From the IMG/VR virus record IMGVR_UViG_3300032334_000224, positions 1-54,698 of that record: 54,698 nt of DNA. One strand, 5' to 3'. Under the pieces are notes generated by a model, which made no database searches, was not told the DNA's origin, and worked only from the letters and a program-made list of their open reading frames with translations. The position numbers and the translations under genes are program-made. The stretch's first letter is position 1, and each line of letters begins with the position of its first letter. Shown here piece by piece: positions 15,938-25,461 of the stretch. Source of the DNA: a virus. Lineage: Duplodnaviria > Caudoviricetes.

Positions 15938-16400
15938 TGATTTGTTTTTTATCCCAACCAAGTTTCTCACAGTAGGCCTTTATTTCTTTATCAGTTGTGA
16001 TAGCTGCTAATGTTTCAATGTCTGACATTTTCATGTCTGGAAATAGTTCTGCTAAAAACTCTTCTTTTTTATTTTTTTGTCTTTTCAAAGGAAGCCATTC
16101 ATGGAAGAATGTCTTTTTAGTTTCATGACTGCATAGACAAAGTGTCTGCCAAACCAGTTTAGGATGTTTTTGAATATCATTCCAGTTCTTGTTATAGAAC
16201 TCGTTGGTAGTTAATAGAAAATGCTCTTGCAGTTCTCTATTTGAACTTTTTATGTTGCTGATATATCGATTGAGATTCCAAAAATCGCCTTTGATTTCTT
16301 TGCGACCTTCTTCGGAAGAAGCATCCCAAAGTTCTTTGATACCCATGTCAACTGCGGGTATCATGTCTTTGAAAAGGTCTACGTGTTTATTTTGTCCCAT
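15921..16400 (-). CDS. clamp loader small subunit (T4 gp62-like)
   Basis: LNRYIS..NE..N..HPKL.W pattern and replication context. Confidence 0.6.
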   Translation of the reverse strand: MGQNKHVDLFKDMIPAVDMGIKELWDASSEEGRKEIKGDFWNLNRYISNIKSSNRELQEHFLLTTNEFYNKNWNDIQKHPKLVWQTLCLCSHETKKTFFHEWLPLKRQKNKKEEFLAELFPDMKMSDIETLAAITTDKEIKAYCEKLGWDKKQINAVKL

Positions 16401-16683
16401 GGTCTTTGCTCAAATGATATATTAGTATAGCACGTTCTAGGGCTTCTTGTAAAGCACTATTTGTTTTGGCGGCTCGCCGAATATCGCCCCACAGCTTATT
16501 CTCCATTATATGATCGTGTAATGGGCGACCGTCGCCTGTTCTTGTATCAAACCCGGGTTTGGTAGGATCATAGTCCCATCCTATTGCTTCCCTCGTGCTT
16601 GGATCAGCACCAAATTCTCGAGCGTATGTCACACCGCCGTTTCTCTCATAAATGTAACGTGCTCCTGGTTTAAGAGTCCCCAT
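16387..16683 (-). CDS. conserved hypothetical protein
   Basis: YIYER.GG.TYARE.G. Confidence 0.75.
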   Translation of the reverse strand: MGTLKPGARYIYERNGGVTYAREFGADPSTREAIGWDYDPTKPGFDTRTGDGRPLHDHIMENKLWGDIRRAAKTNSALQEALERAILIYHLSKDHGTK

Positions 16684-16684
16684 A

Positions 16685-17221
16685 TCACTTCCTTAATACA
16701 AAATGAACGTCCGGTAATCCCGGTTTATATTCTACAGTTTCTGCAACTTCTATCTTAGAAGTTGTGAATGTTTCTTTGATTTTTTCAATCCACCAGTGCG
16801 GCTCATGCACTGACAAATGAGCATTACGACCATCGGGCAGTTTCTTTTTGGCTGGGTAACAGGCCACAATCAGCCATGCTGATTTGGTAAACAGTTGATC
16901 CATTGAGCATAGTGTTTGATCTAGATATTCCGGTTCAATATGTTCAATGACATCGTTTGATACAAGACATTCGTATGTTCTAGTTGGAAAGTTTTCATAT
17001 TCAGGTACTCCTGGATCGTATCCTTCTATAACTGATATGTTTGGAAAATCTGAGATAATCAAAGACATCATACGACCGTGAGCGCATCCAAAATCTAAAA
17101 TGCTCTGTGGCGATTCGACTGATATGAAATCTTTTATGTAAGGATACTTAGGCAGCTTTTCTTTGAAACGATGGCCTTCGGCCATAACTTGTATCTGTTT
17201 TTTATATTCTGCTGAAATCAT
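16685..17221 (-). CDS. class I SAM methyltransferase
   Basis: ILDFGCAHG, GYDPG, DVIEHI. Confidence 0.88.
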   Translation of the reverse strand: MISAEYKKQIQVMAEGHRFKEKLPKYPYIKDFISVESPQSILDFGCAHGRMMSLIISDFPNISVIEGYDPGVPEYENFPTRTYECLVSNDVIEHIEPEYLDQTLCSMDQLFTKSAWLIVACYPAKKKLPDGRNAHLSVHEPHWWIEKIKETFTTSKIEVAETVEYKPGLPDVHFVLRK

Positions 17222-17907
17222 AAAAGGTCTTTGTTTCTAGTTAACGACAATGCGTGTATTCCCTCATCTGCATACTGAGGATGTAATCTTGCTAAACTTG
17301 GATATGTATTTTGTATATCTACGATATCTAATCCTAGCATATGATCGGTAGGCATAAATCCGTTAGTGTCAATCCATGCCAATAATTTTGCACAAGCAAT
17401 GGGTTTAATGAAATATGCATATGCACCACGAGAATACATGCCACACATTCCTAGATGCATTTCGTCAGGCGGGCGTATGACTAACTCGTCGTTGAGATGA
17501 CTTTCAATCCTTTTATTATATTTCATGTTATAGGGATTTACATTATCGAGCTTTAATACATCTGTAAATCTATCGAGTAAGTCTTCGGGTATAGATCTCA
17601 ACATATACCCGTCGTGTTCTAGTATAAGAAACGGTACATTATCTTCAACACACTTTTTCCATAGATAATAGTGACTTAAAAAACAACCGTATATTCCGGG
17701 ACTGCCTTTCTTAAACTTCTTTACCTCGTGAATATTGAGTCTTTCAAGATGCTGTTTATATTCAAGACCATTAATGGCATCGAAGTATTCCACAGCAATT
17801 CCAAACTTAGCAGCTTGCTCAACACATTCGTCAGCAACTGGTTCGGAAATACTATTTCCTTTGAGCCTTATTATAAAGGTCTTATAGGCTGTTTCATTCG
17901 TTTTAAT
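17218..17907 (-). CDS. GT25-family glycosyltransferase (start uncertain, possibly ATT 17907)
   Basis: KTFIIRL..FDAING, GCFLSHYYLW, LILEHD. Confidence 0.8.
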   Translation of the reverse strand: MKTNETAYKTFIIRLKGNSISEPVADECVEQAAKFGIAVEYFDAINGLEYKQHLERLNIHEVKKFKKGSPGIYGCFLSHYYLWKKCVEDNVPFLILEHDGYMLRSIPEDLLDRFTDVLKLDNVNPYNMKYNKRIESHLNDELVIRPPDEMHLGMCGMYSRGAYAYFIKPIACAKLLAWIDTNGFMPTDHMLGLDIVDIQNTYPSLARLHPQYADEGIHALSLTRNKDLL

Positions 17908-18644
17908 AACAATCTCCTTTGCTGTTCGGCCTTGTTGTCACCCTTCTGATGAGCGAAATGATATCTTAACATAGAATGCCCGATTGGATTACTATCGCTG
18001 GCCATTACAGTATTTAGATCAAAGAATAACCATGGATCCCATGATAATCTCAACTGATCAAATAACCACGAATCGTGTGTCTGTTCGTGATCTATAAATT
18101 TTCCTGAGGTATATAGATCTTCCCATTCTTGCATAAACTTATGTATTCTAGGATGATTCATATTGAATGCCATAAATCCGCATTCTGAATATCTAGAGGG
18201 TCTGCCTACATATGTTACCATAAAGTTATCTAAACAAACTGTAGATAAAAATGGCACATCAACTTGATTGATAGTGGTTATATCGCAGTCGAGCCATATC
18301 AGCCACCCCTTAGGTGTTTGTTTTGCTCTATGCCAAATAGCAAATGTTTTGTGAGCAAACTTAATAGCATTAAACTTAAAATCATTTCCTCCTCGTCCAT
18401 TAGCACGGGGATCGTTTTTCCAAGTTTCTGCAAACTCTATGTACTCTGGACACTGTTCATAAAAATCAATCCATTGCATTCTTGATGAAAATGTTTTTCT
18501 TTCAGGTATTGATTTTAGATTTATATTATCGTAATACAAATAGATATCTTGATCTCTAGGCCAACGTTCATCGAGAAATGTCATGTTAGCACAGGCCACT
18601 TCTTCCCAATACGTTTGATTGAAGTTAGTTAGCAGTGTGTACAT
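17871..18644 (-). CDS. GT-A fold glycosyltransferase
   Basis: F.HK.FAI, WLDCD (DxD), YSECGF, HDSW.FD; paralogue of 24001-24804. Confidence 0.8.
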   Translation of the reverse strand: MYTLLTNFNQTYWEEVACANMTFLDERWPRDQDIYLYYDNINLKSIPERKTFSSRMQWIDFYEQCPEYIEFAETWKNDPRANGRGGNDFKFNAIKFAHKTFAIWHRAKQTPKGWLIWLDCDITTINQVDVPFLSTVCLDNFMVTYVGRPSRYSECGFMAFNMNHPRIHKFMQEWEDLYTSGKFIDHEQTHDSWLFDQLRLSWDPWLFFDLNTVMASDSNPIGHSMLRYHFAHQKGDNKAEQQRRLLLKRMKQPIRPL

Positions 18645-19170
18645 TTTCTAAAAGATAAACGCCTATTTTTTTACCTTCCCAGTGTTGTGTTATCTGTGGA
18701 AAGGTTTCGACCATTTCTTGATGACTCCAATCATCTTTAATGTGTCTTTCATATGGGTTACCCTCTACTTCATCTTGAGGAAAATGAATGATAGGAATAC
18801 TAATAATCACACGTCTGGCACAGGTCAGTAACTTATCCATTAACTCTATCGCTTCATCTTTGGTCATATGTTCTAACACATCACCAGCAAATACAAGATC
18901 AACAGGAGCAAACTGTTGATAATCGATTAATCTAACATCCTGATTTTCTATGTGATTGTAACGATTTCTTAAATCGTATTCTATGATATACGGCTCCCAT
19001 ACTTCGACGCCGATCCATCTAGCATGTCTAAGAAGATCTGATTTATGAGAAAATAGTTTGTGGTAAGTTCCGTTGCCTACGCCTAGGTCGACTACAGTTT
19101 TTACATTTGATGAAAACTCTGTGATCCATAGGCGTATTGCTTCTTTACCTTCTTTGCTGCTAGATGGCAT
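18625..19170 (-). CDS. class I SAM methyltransferase
   Basis: VVDLGVGNG, GVEVW, GDVLEHM. Confidence 0.88.
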   Translation of the reverse strand: MPSSSKEGKEAIRLWITEFSSNVKTVVDLGVGNGTYHKLFSHKSDLLRHARWIGVEVWEPYIIEYDLRNRYNHIENQDVRLIDYQQFAPVDLVFAGDVLEHMTKDEAIELMDKLLTCARRVIISIPIIHFPQDEVEGNPYERHIKDDWSHQEMVETFPQITQHWEGKKIGVYLLENVHTAN

Positions 19171-19181
19171 ATAAGGTTCCT

Positions 19182-19529
19182 TTATTTTTTAGAATAGCCA
19201 ACTGTATCTCGTTGAATATCTTCGTGATCGAACTCTGCCCAATATAGTTCAAATGCCACAGTATTTTCTAGTGCTTCGAACTGATGGTATTCTCCAGGAG
19301 CAACTCGACCATAATCACCTGGTCCAAGAATAGTTTCATCTACTAGGTCGTAGTTATTTTTCCATACACGGATCAACAGTTTACCGGATTCAACAAAGAA
19401 TCCATTCCATTTAAACTGGTGTTTGTGTTTAGAACAGACGCCGCCTTTTTTGGCTTCGATACGATGGAACTCTAACACACCGTTGGCTTCAAGGAGTTCT
19501 GTTTGACCCCATACTTTACCTGCTTTCAT
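19182..19529 (-). CDS. cupin-domain protein (sugar isomerase-like)
   Basis: SKHKH..F.VESG..V.PGEYHQF. Confidence 0.85.
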   Translation of the reverse strand: MKAGKVWGQTELLEANGVLEFHRIEAKKGGVCSKHKHQFKWNGFFVESGKLLIRVWKNNYDLVDETILGPGDYGRVAPGEYHQFEALENTVAFELYWAEFDHEDIQRDTVGYSKK

Positions 19530-19561
19530 GATTCACCTTTCAGTTTGTCTTTTTACTTATC

Positions 19562-20068
19562 TTACAGTATCTTGTCTAACTGCAAAACTTCGCTCTGCCT
19601 TGAAACTTCTTTAACAAAATATGCACATGGAGGATTTGGACCATCATGTAATGGAACTGTTAATAATTGTCCATTTTTCATCTTTGGAAAATACCATTTA
19701 ACATCTTGAAAAATATTTACGATTTCGATGCTCATAAACTCTGCTTTAAAACCTTTTACTGGATTAAAAATAAATGCATCAAATCCACGCTCATTAATAC
19801 TTGTAAGTGGCAATACTTCTGGATCAAGTCCGCATTCTTTGTCGCCTACTACCATGCACCAATCTAAAGGCATTTGTATTTCATAACCACCAATCTTCAA
19901 TAGGATCGCTGGACTATTAAATGATTCAAGGAATATCAAAGGCATAAAAAAGAAATCAGGCTCGTGTGGATTGCTGTTATCTAAAACAGAAAATCTCGTA
20001 TCCTCGTCTACTTCTTCCGGTAGTTCGTTTAAGTCAAAAGACTTGTTATCTAATGTTAATATTCTCAT
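19562..20068 (-). CDS. conserved hypothetical protein (possible degenerate Hint-like beta fold)
   Basis: Coupled to uvsW; all-beta pattern. Confidence 0.6.
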   Translation of the reverse strand: MRILTLDNKSFDLNELPEEVDEDTRFSVLDNSNPHEPDFFFMPLIFLESFNSPAILLKIGGYEIQMPLDWCMVVGDKECGLDPEVLPLTSINERGFDAFIFNPVKGFKAEFMSIEIVNIFQDVKWYFPKMKNGQLLTVPLHDGPNPPCAYFVKEVSRQSEVLQLDKIL

Positions 20069-21519
20069 ATAGTTACCTTGGTTATTGTAAAGGGGTATTT
20101 CGCCTCCTTATAGTATTTCTTTCTCTCAGTTAAATGTCGCTTGGCATATTTGCATCCGCCAGTTATGTCCCATATTTGTACGAAGTCTTTGTCTTCCGCT
20201 TTTCTAATACCTCGCCCAATAGATTGTATAACCCTAACAAAGCTCTTTCCGGGCTCAAGAAGAACCAGATTAAAAATCCTAGGAATATTAATACCCACAG
20301 CGGCCACACCATAAGTCGCCACAATAATCTTGTTATCACTTGTTTTAATTTCGTCATATTCTTCTTTCCTGTCGTCTAGTTTCATACCACCACTAACAAA
20401 TACAGCTTCAGGAATTAAGTCTATTAACTTGTTGCCAGTATCAATTCTATTAATCAATACCAATGTATTTCCTGTCAGGCTCACTTCTTTAACTTTATTA
20501 CTAATCCATGTTAATCTTTTTTCATCAGTAACTAAAAACGTATACTCGTCTTGAAAACTTCTAAAAACTTCGATGTCGTTGGTCTGTAAAATATTAATCT
20601 GTAGATTTGCCAACACACCTTTTTCCTGTAAATCGTGTGCAGATACTTGATTAATCACAGGGCCAATGCTGGCAAGTATGCCTTGAAACTCCCACGCTTC
20701 TTTAGGTACAGTTCCTGTTAAGCCCCAGCGTATGGCACAGTTCTTAAAGTTCTGTGTAAGAAGTTTAGTCAATACTTCTGCTTTTGCCTGGTGAACTTCA
20801 TCAATGATAATGGCATTGACACCTTCGGCAAATTCTGCCAATGTCAGTGCTTCTTCGTCATAGCTTTTCTTATCTAATACATTAAGACTCTGCCACGTAC
20901 AGATTGTGTGAGTCTTGCCTAGTTCTTTTCTATCACCAAAATATACACCAACATCAAGTCCGAGATTTCGATAATCTTCTTCAGTTTGTACAACTAGTGA
21001 TTTGTTAGGAACAATAACCATTGTGCGACCATAAGGCTCACAAAGATGACTGAGAGTAGCTGTTGTAATGGTTTTTCCTGCACCTGTGGCAACCTCTTGT
21101 AGACTCTGCGGATTCTCTAGAAACTTGTTTACTACATCATATTGATAGTCACGTAGTATGATAGGTTGACCTGCATTGGGATGTCCTTTAGGCCAAGTCT
21201 TGCCTTTGTCTGCCCAGAAGTTTTCTGTTACAGGAGTAAATTTAAAGTCATGAGATGTACGAAGATCTTCAACTTCTATGTCATATCCTGCTTCGTCTAT
21301 GATAGGCAATATAATATCAAGATGTGCCAGATATCCAGTTCCGCCAATGCCAAAATATGTTTTAGTTCCGTCCCAACGACCAAGTTTGTATGCCGGCATG
21401 TGTCTTGCATAAGGTAAATCAAACTTTAACTTATTGACAATTTTTCTCCGTGTCTCTACCGACAAGCCGTCGACTTTGATGTTTACTTCATCTTTTATTG
21501 TAAGTTTACAACTCGACAA
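20065..21519 (-). CDS. uvsW: SF2 helicase UvsW
   Basis: ATGAGKT, DEVH, TGT, QSIGRGIR. Confidence 0.93.
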   Translation of the reverse strand: MSSCKLTIKDEVNIKVDGLSVETRRKIVNKLKFDLPYARHMPAYKLGRWDGTKTYFGIGGTGYLAHLDIILPIIDEAGYDIEVEDLRTSHDFKFTPVTENFWADKGKTWPKGHPNAGQPIILRDYQYDVVNKFLENPQSLQEVATGAGKTITTATLSHLCEPYGRTMVIVPNKSLVVQTEEDYRNLGLDVGVYFGDRKELGKTHTICTWQSLNVLDKKSYDEEALTLAEFAEGVNAIIIDEVHQAKAEVLTKLLTQNFKNCAIRWGLTGTVPKEAWEFQGILASIGPVINQVSAHDLQEKGVLANLQINILQTNDIEVFRSFQDEYTFLVTDEKRLTWISNKVKEVSLTGNTLVLINRIDTGNKLIDLIPEAVFVSGGMKLDDRKEEYDEIKTSDNKIIVATYGVAAVGINIPRIFNLVLLEPGKSFVRVIQSIGRGIRKAEDKDFVQIWDITGGCKYAKRHLTERKKYYKEAKYPFTITKVTI

Positions 21520-22693
21520 TTTCTTGTTTCCCTATAGTAGTTGGTTTAATATTTCCCAGATATATCACGCAATAATGCGAATCTAGCCATTGCTTTACTA
21601 GCTGGCTGCTGTTGGGAAATAAGTTATTTGTTACTAACAGTTTAACAGGTTTTTCATCGTGAAACAACCACTTAGCTGGTCTATGATTAAAAATATAAAT
21701 CCTGCCATCTTCAACTTTTCCACCATGCCCGCTTTCGCTGACCCATTGATTGAAGTTATTAGTATCAAGTTCTTTGCTTAATCTAAAACAAACACGGACA
21801 TCTTCTTTTGGTATGTTCGATTTTACTACATCTTCGGAAAATGTTCGAACCCATGCTTGTGCGTCACCGGCCCGATCTAATATAATACATACCTTTCCTT
21901 GAACTTGAGAGCAGAGTGTTAGAAATGTGGTATTGTCTTTTATCCAAAACAGATTTTGATCAGAGGATGCGATTTTTTCCACTAACGGATTTACAACAGC
22001 ATTTGGATTTTTCATATATCTGAATCCCATGCTCTTTGCCAACATCAAATCATGTTCAACAACACCGTTAGCGTTATGAGAAAACCAAGTTTCGGTTTCT
22101 ACATCGGCATTTTTCAAACTTACCCAGTCTGAAGATATTTCAGCAACTGGCAAAATGTCATCTTGTGTCTGCCAAATTTCTTCAACTTCACCTACGGCGA
22201 TCATGAAAGTATCGTCAATATCAAAGTTATGTTTTTTAGCAAACTCGTATAACTGAATGAGATTAAAATCATAGAGATTTAGTATTCTCAACTTTCTTTC
22301 ATGATCCCAAACAGAGCTAAATCTATCAATTTCTTCCTCAAACTCTTTTTTTAGTTGATAAGGAAATCTCAAACATACTACAGGAAGTCCTTGCGGATTT
22401 ATTTCTACAAATATTTTCTTGCTAAGGTCAATGACTCGAAACGGGTTCTTCCATTTAGGTTCTACCAACAGATGTCGATAGTCAAATCCTGCTACAAAAA
22501 TGAGATTTTTGTGTTTTTCTAAGATTTTTAATATGTAGTTGGCCTGTGCTTCTGTAAGCTGTTTGCCAGCCTCAATAAGATTGCAAAAGTTTGTAGCGGC
22601 AGATTTATCAAGGCGATTGATATTGATTCGTTGGTTGTCTGCAAAGTCTAAAAACTCAACAAAAACGTCTTCAATGTATTCAGATGTTAACAT
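21506..22693 (-). CDS. hypothetical protein
   Basis: 395-aa ORF with its own promoter, upstream of uvsW. Confidence 0.8.
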   Translation of the reverse strand: MLTSEYIEDVFVEFLDFADNQRININRLDKSAATNFCNLIEAGKQLTEAQANYILKILEKHKNLIFVAGFDYRHLLVEPKWKNPFRVIDLSKKIFVEINPQGLPVVCLRFPYQLKKEFEEEIDRFSSVWDHERKLRILNLYDFNLIQLYEFAKKHNFDIDDTFMIAVGEVEEIWQTQDDILPVAEISSDWVSLKNADVETETWFSHNANGVVEHDLMLAKSMGFRYMKNPNAVVNPLVEKIASSDQNLFWIKDNTTFLTLCSQVQGKVCIILDRAGDAQAWVRTFSEDVVKSNIPKEDVRVCFRLSKELDTNNFNQWVSESGHGGKVEDGRIYIFNHRPAKWLFHDEKPVKLLVTNNLFPNSSQLVKQWLDSHYCVIYLGNIKPTTIGKQEIVEL

Positions 22694-22699
22694 TTTTAA

Positions 22700-22728
22700 A
22701 GTATAACACTTTAAAAAATGAATGTCAA
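22700..22728 (-). promoter_or_regulatory. sigma70-type promoter, probably leaderless
   Basis: TTGACA-N17-TATACT-N6-ATG with extended -10 TG. Confidence 0.82.
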
Positions 22729-22735
22729 CAAAAAA

Positions 22736-23569
22736 TTACAATTTATTTTTAAGAAGTCTTGATAACGGAATGCCTTGCGATATTTCGTCAACAGTCCATT
22801 CTGTATGACAAAGTTTTGCAAACCATTCAGTTCTGTCTGGTAGTGAAATTTTCTCAAGATTTTCGAAATTTCCAGAGACAGGAGAGGCCAAACTTGAAGA
22901 ATCACAGATCACCGGAATGCCAGCTATTGCTGCCTGTACTGCCGGACCACTGTTGTGATTAATCACGCAATGATAGTTATAAAAAATATCGAAACCGTCA
23001 TAAGTGTTAGGAACACGGTTAGGAGTTTCAAAAATAATTCCTGGAATTTTCAGGGGAAAAAGTGACCGAGGATGGGGTCTTACAATAATTCTTCGATCAG
23101 TAAGTTGCCTAACTTTTGCAACCATGCCTTCAGCCCATTGACGCATGGTAGGTTGACCTTCCCATTGAAGACTTTGTTCATGTTGACAAGCTATGAGAAT
23201 TTCACCTCTTCGTTTTTTCTGTTCAGGCTCCAGAAAAATCCCCAATTTTTCATGGCGATTAGCATCTATGTCATCTGAGTTGCCAAACTCTCCTAACCCG
23301 TTGATGTTATTAAAACATAGTCTCCATGTTTCGCCTCTGCTAAGGTTTCCTACTTCGATAATGATCACTGGTTTGTTTTCAGCTCGACATTTTTCGTAGA
23401 TAGCTTTGTTGGCTAACATGCGTCCCCACCATAAAACTGACCAAATTACCGCTATATCTTCGGCATGATCTACTACTGAATGTCCTAAGGCCGACACCCC
23501 TTGTTCAAAGGCGTCGAACACCGGTCCACTGTTTAATGCGCCGTGCTCTCGATAAAGTTTGAATCTCAT
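22736..23569 (-). CDS. KpsS/KpsC-like (capsule synthesis) glycosyltransferase
   Basis: Start MRFKLY; VRPHP, INHNSGPAVQAAIAGIPV, R.EW..L. Confidence 0.75.
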   Translation of the reverse strand: MRFKLYREHGALNSGPVFDAFEQGVSALGHSVVDHAEDIAVIWSVLWWGRMLANKAIYEKCRAENKPVIIIEVGNLSRGETWRLCFNNINGLGEFGNSDDIDANRHEKLGIFLEPEQKKRRGEILIACQHEQSLQWEGQPTMRQWAEGMVAKVRQLTDRRIIVRPHPRSLFPLKIPGIIFETPNRVPNTYDGFDIFYNYHCVINHNSGPAVQAAIAGIPVICDSSSLASPVSGNFENLEKISLPDRTEWFAKLCHTEWTVDEISQGIPLSRLLKNKL

Positions 23570-23606
23570 TTTTGCCTCATAAATAACAGAGTGTTTAATT
23601 ATAGTT

Positions 23607-23999
23607 ATGAATAAAATCGTAAAACGCCTGACAAAGCTGACAGGAATTCCAAATAACGCAGTTGTAATAGGTACTGGGTTTGGGATAATGTCTGACATAC
23701 TGGAAACCTATAAATCGGTCTTTCTTTTCTCAGATAATCCTCCAACATTTAAATCAAGAACTCTAATATATAGAGAAAACTTTGATGATATTGCACCATT
23801 ATGCGATATCACAGCCATTATTGTAGACCGAGATAAGGTCTACAGCTTGTCACACCTTAGACCCTTGTGGTCTAGAGCAAGACCTGTTATATTTGTTGAA
23901 GGCGATGAAATAATTAACCGAACTGAATCAAAAATATTATGGGACGGCGGTTACCGTCCCGTAGAACAAGTTGGCTTTTGCCACGTATGGAAACTATAA
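23607..23999 (+). CDS. degenerate Rossmann/methyltransferase-like protein
   Basis: AVVIGTGFG; TAAATA at about 23580. Confidence 0.55.
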   Translation: MNKIVKRLTKLTGIPNNAVVIGTGFGIMSDILETYKSVFLFSDNPPTFKSRTLIYRENFDDIAPLCDITAIIVDRDKVYSLSHLRPLWSRARPVIFVEGDEIINRTESKILWDGGYRPVEQVGFCHVWKL

Positions 24000-24000
24000 A

Positions 24001-24804
24001 ATGAAAATTGCAGTAGTAACTACCTTTCACCCCGAAGGTTTAAAAAAATATGCTCAGAATATGATTCATAGCTTCTGTGAAAACTGGCCAGAGGAGGTAA
24101 CACTTCATATCTATCCAGAGGAATGCAATCCTGCGATTAGAAATCACAATCATGTGACATTAAAAAGACTAGAAGAAGTGCCAGAACTCAAGGCATTCAA
24201 AGAAAAGTGGCGAGATGTGCCAAAAGCCAACGGAGATGTCAGCGATGACCCTATAAGAAGTAAACGTCGAGACTCTGGAAAGGGATTTAAATGGGATGCT
24301 GTGAGATTTGCTCACAAAGTCTATGCTATTTTTGATTGTGCTAGGACCACAGACGCAGATATCTTGCTATGGATGGATGCAGACATGATTTGTCATAGTC
24401 CGATTACAAAAGAAACTATTTTAAGACTGTGTCCTCCAGAAAAAGATTTGTGTTTCTTAGGCCGCCGGGGAAAATTTAGTGAATGCGGATTGTACTCTAT
24501 GAATTTACGCAGTCCTGCTACTCAAATATTTTTACAGAAGTTTCAGACAATGTATGATCAAGCCGAAACTGGTATTTTTACGCTTGATGAATGGCATGAT
24601 AGTTTTGTTTTTGATGCTGTTCGGTTACAAACCAGTTTGAATGAGTTAGATTGGAGTGGGCATATCATTACTGGTGAAGGGCATCCATTAATTAACAGCG
24701 AATGGGGTGCGTATCTAGATCATCTCAAAGGCAAACGCAAGGATTACGGCAAAAGCCTAGCAACAGATTTAAAAGTTAACAGAAAAGAAGGATATTGGCA
24801 ATGA
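24001..24804 (+). CDS. GT-A fold glycosyltransferase
   Basis: RFAHKVYAI, WMDAD, SECG, WHDSFVFD, DHLKG. Confidence 0.82.
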   Translation: MKIAVVTTFHPEGLKKYAQNMIHSFCENWPEEVTLHIYPEECNPAIRNHNHVTLKRLEEVPELKAFKEKWRDVPKANGDVSDDPIRSKRRDSGKGFKWDAVRFAHKVYAIFDCARTTDADILLWMDADMICHSPITKETILRLCPPEKDLCFLGRRGKFSECGLYSMNLRSPATQIFLQKFQTMYDQAETGIFTLDEWHDSFVFDAVRLQTSLNELDWSGHIITGEGHPLINSEWGAYLDHLKGKRKDYGKSLATDLKVNRKEGYWQ

Positions 24805-25448
24805 TAGAATCACATGGATTTTGGTTTCCGGACTATGACACACATTTTCCGAAGATGCTGGCGAAAGGAATGAAGAATGACGGCGTTGCCAGATATCAAT
24901 GGCGGGCTCGAGACGCTGCGATTGAAGCCTGCGATAATAAAAGAATATGTATTGACATTGGAGCCAATGTTGGTCTATGGGCCTGTGACCTTGTTAAATC
25001 TTTTGTAGAAGTTATTGCATTTGAACCAGTGGCAGAGTTTAGAGAATGCTTTGAAAAGAATGTTAAATCGCCTAACTATAAAATAATGCCAGTGGCATTA
25101 GGACGAGAAGAGTCATTTATTGAAATGAATGTGGTTCAAGGTAATACAGGGCACAGTCATATCAATCCGGAGTCATTTGGTAAAGGTACTATTCCATTAA
25201 AAACACTAGATAGTTATAATTTTACCAATGTTGATATGATAAAGATTGATGTCGAAGGATTCGAGGAAGAAATACTAGCAGGTGCAATAAAAACTATTAC
25301 ATTAAATAAACCTGTTATTGTAGTAGAGCAACAGAAGCATGAATACAAAGATGCTATGACTGATTTGCCTTCTATTAAAATCTTAGAAAACATGGGATAT
25401 CGAGTAATCGGACAAGTTAAGAAAGACTGGATACTTAAATGTCAATAA
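24795..25448 (+). CDS. FkbM-family methyltransferase
   Basis: IDIGANVG, AFEP, IKIDVEGFE. Confidence 0.93.
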   Translation: MAMIESHGFWFPDYDTHFPKMLAKGMKNDGVARYQWRARDAAIEACDNKRICIDIGANVGLWACDLVKSFVEVIAFEPVAEFRECFEKNVKSPNYKIMPVALGREESFIEMNVVQGNTGHSHINPESFGKGTIPLKTLDSYNFTNVDMIKIDVEGFEEEILAGAIKTITLNKPVIVVEQQKHEYKDAMTDLPSIKILENMGYRVIGQVKKDWILKCQ

Positions 25449-25461
25449 TAAAGGAGTGACG

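Noticed and set aside
23570-23698. N-terminal extension of the KpsS-like ORF
   Set aside because: It overlaps the divergent 23607 gene; ATG 23569 has a GAGG SD.
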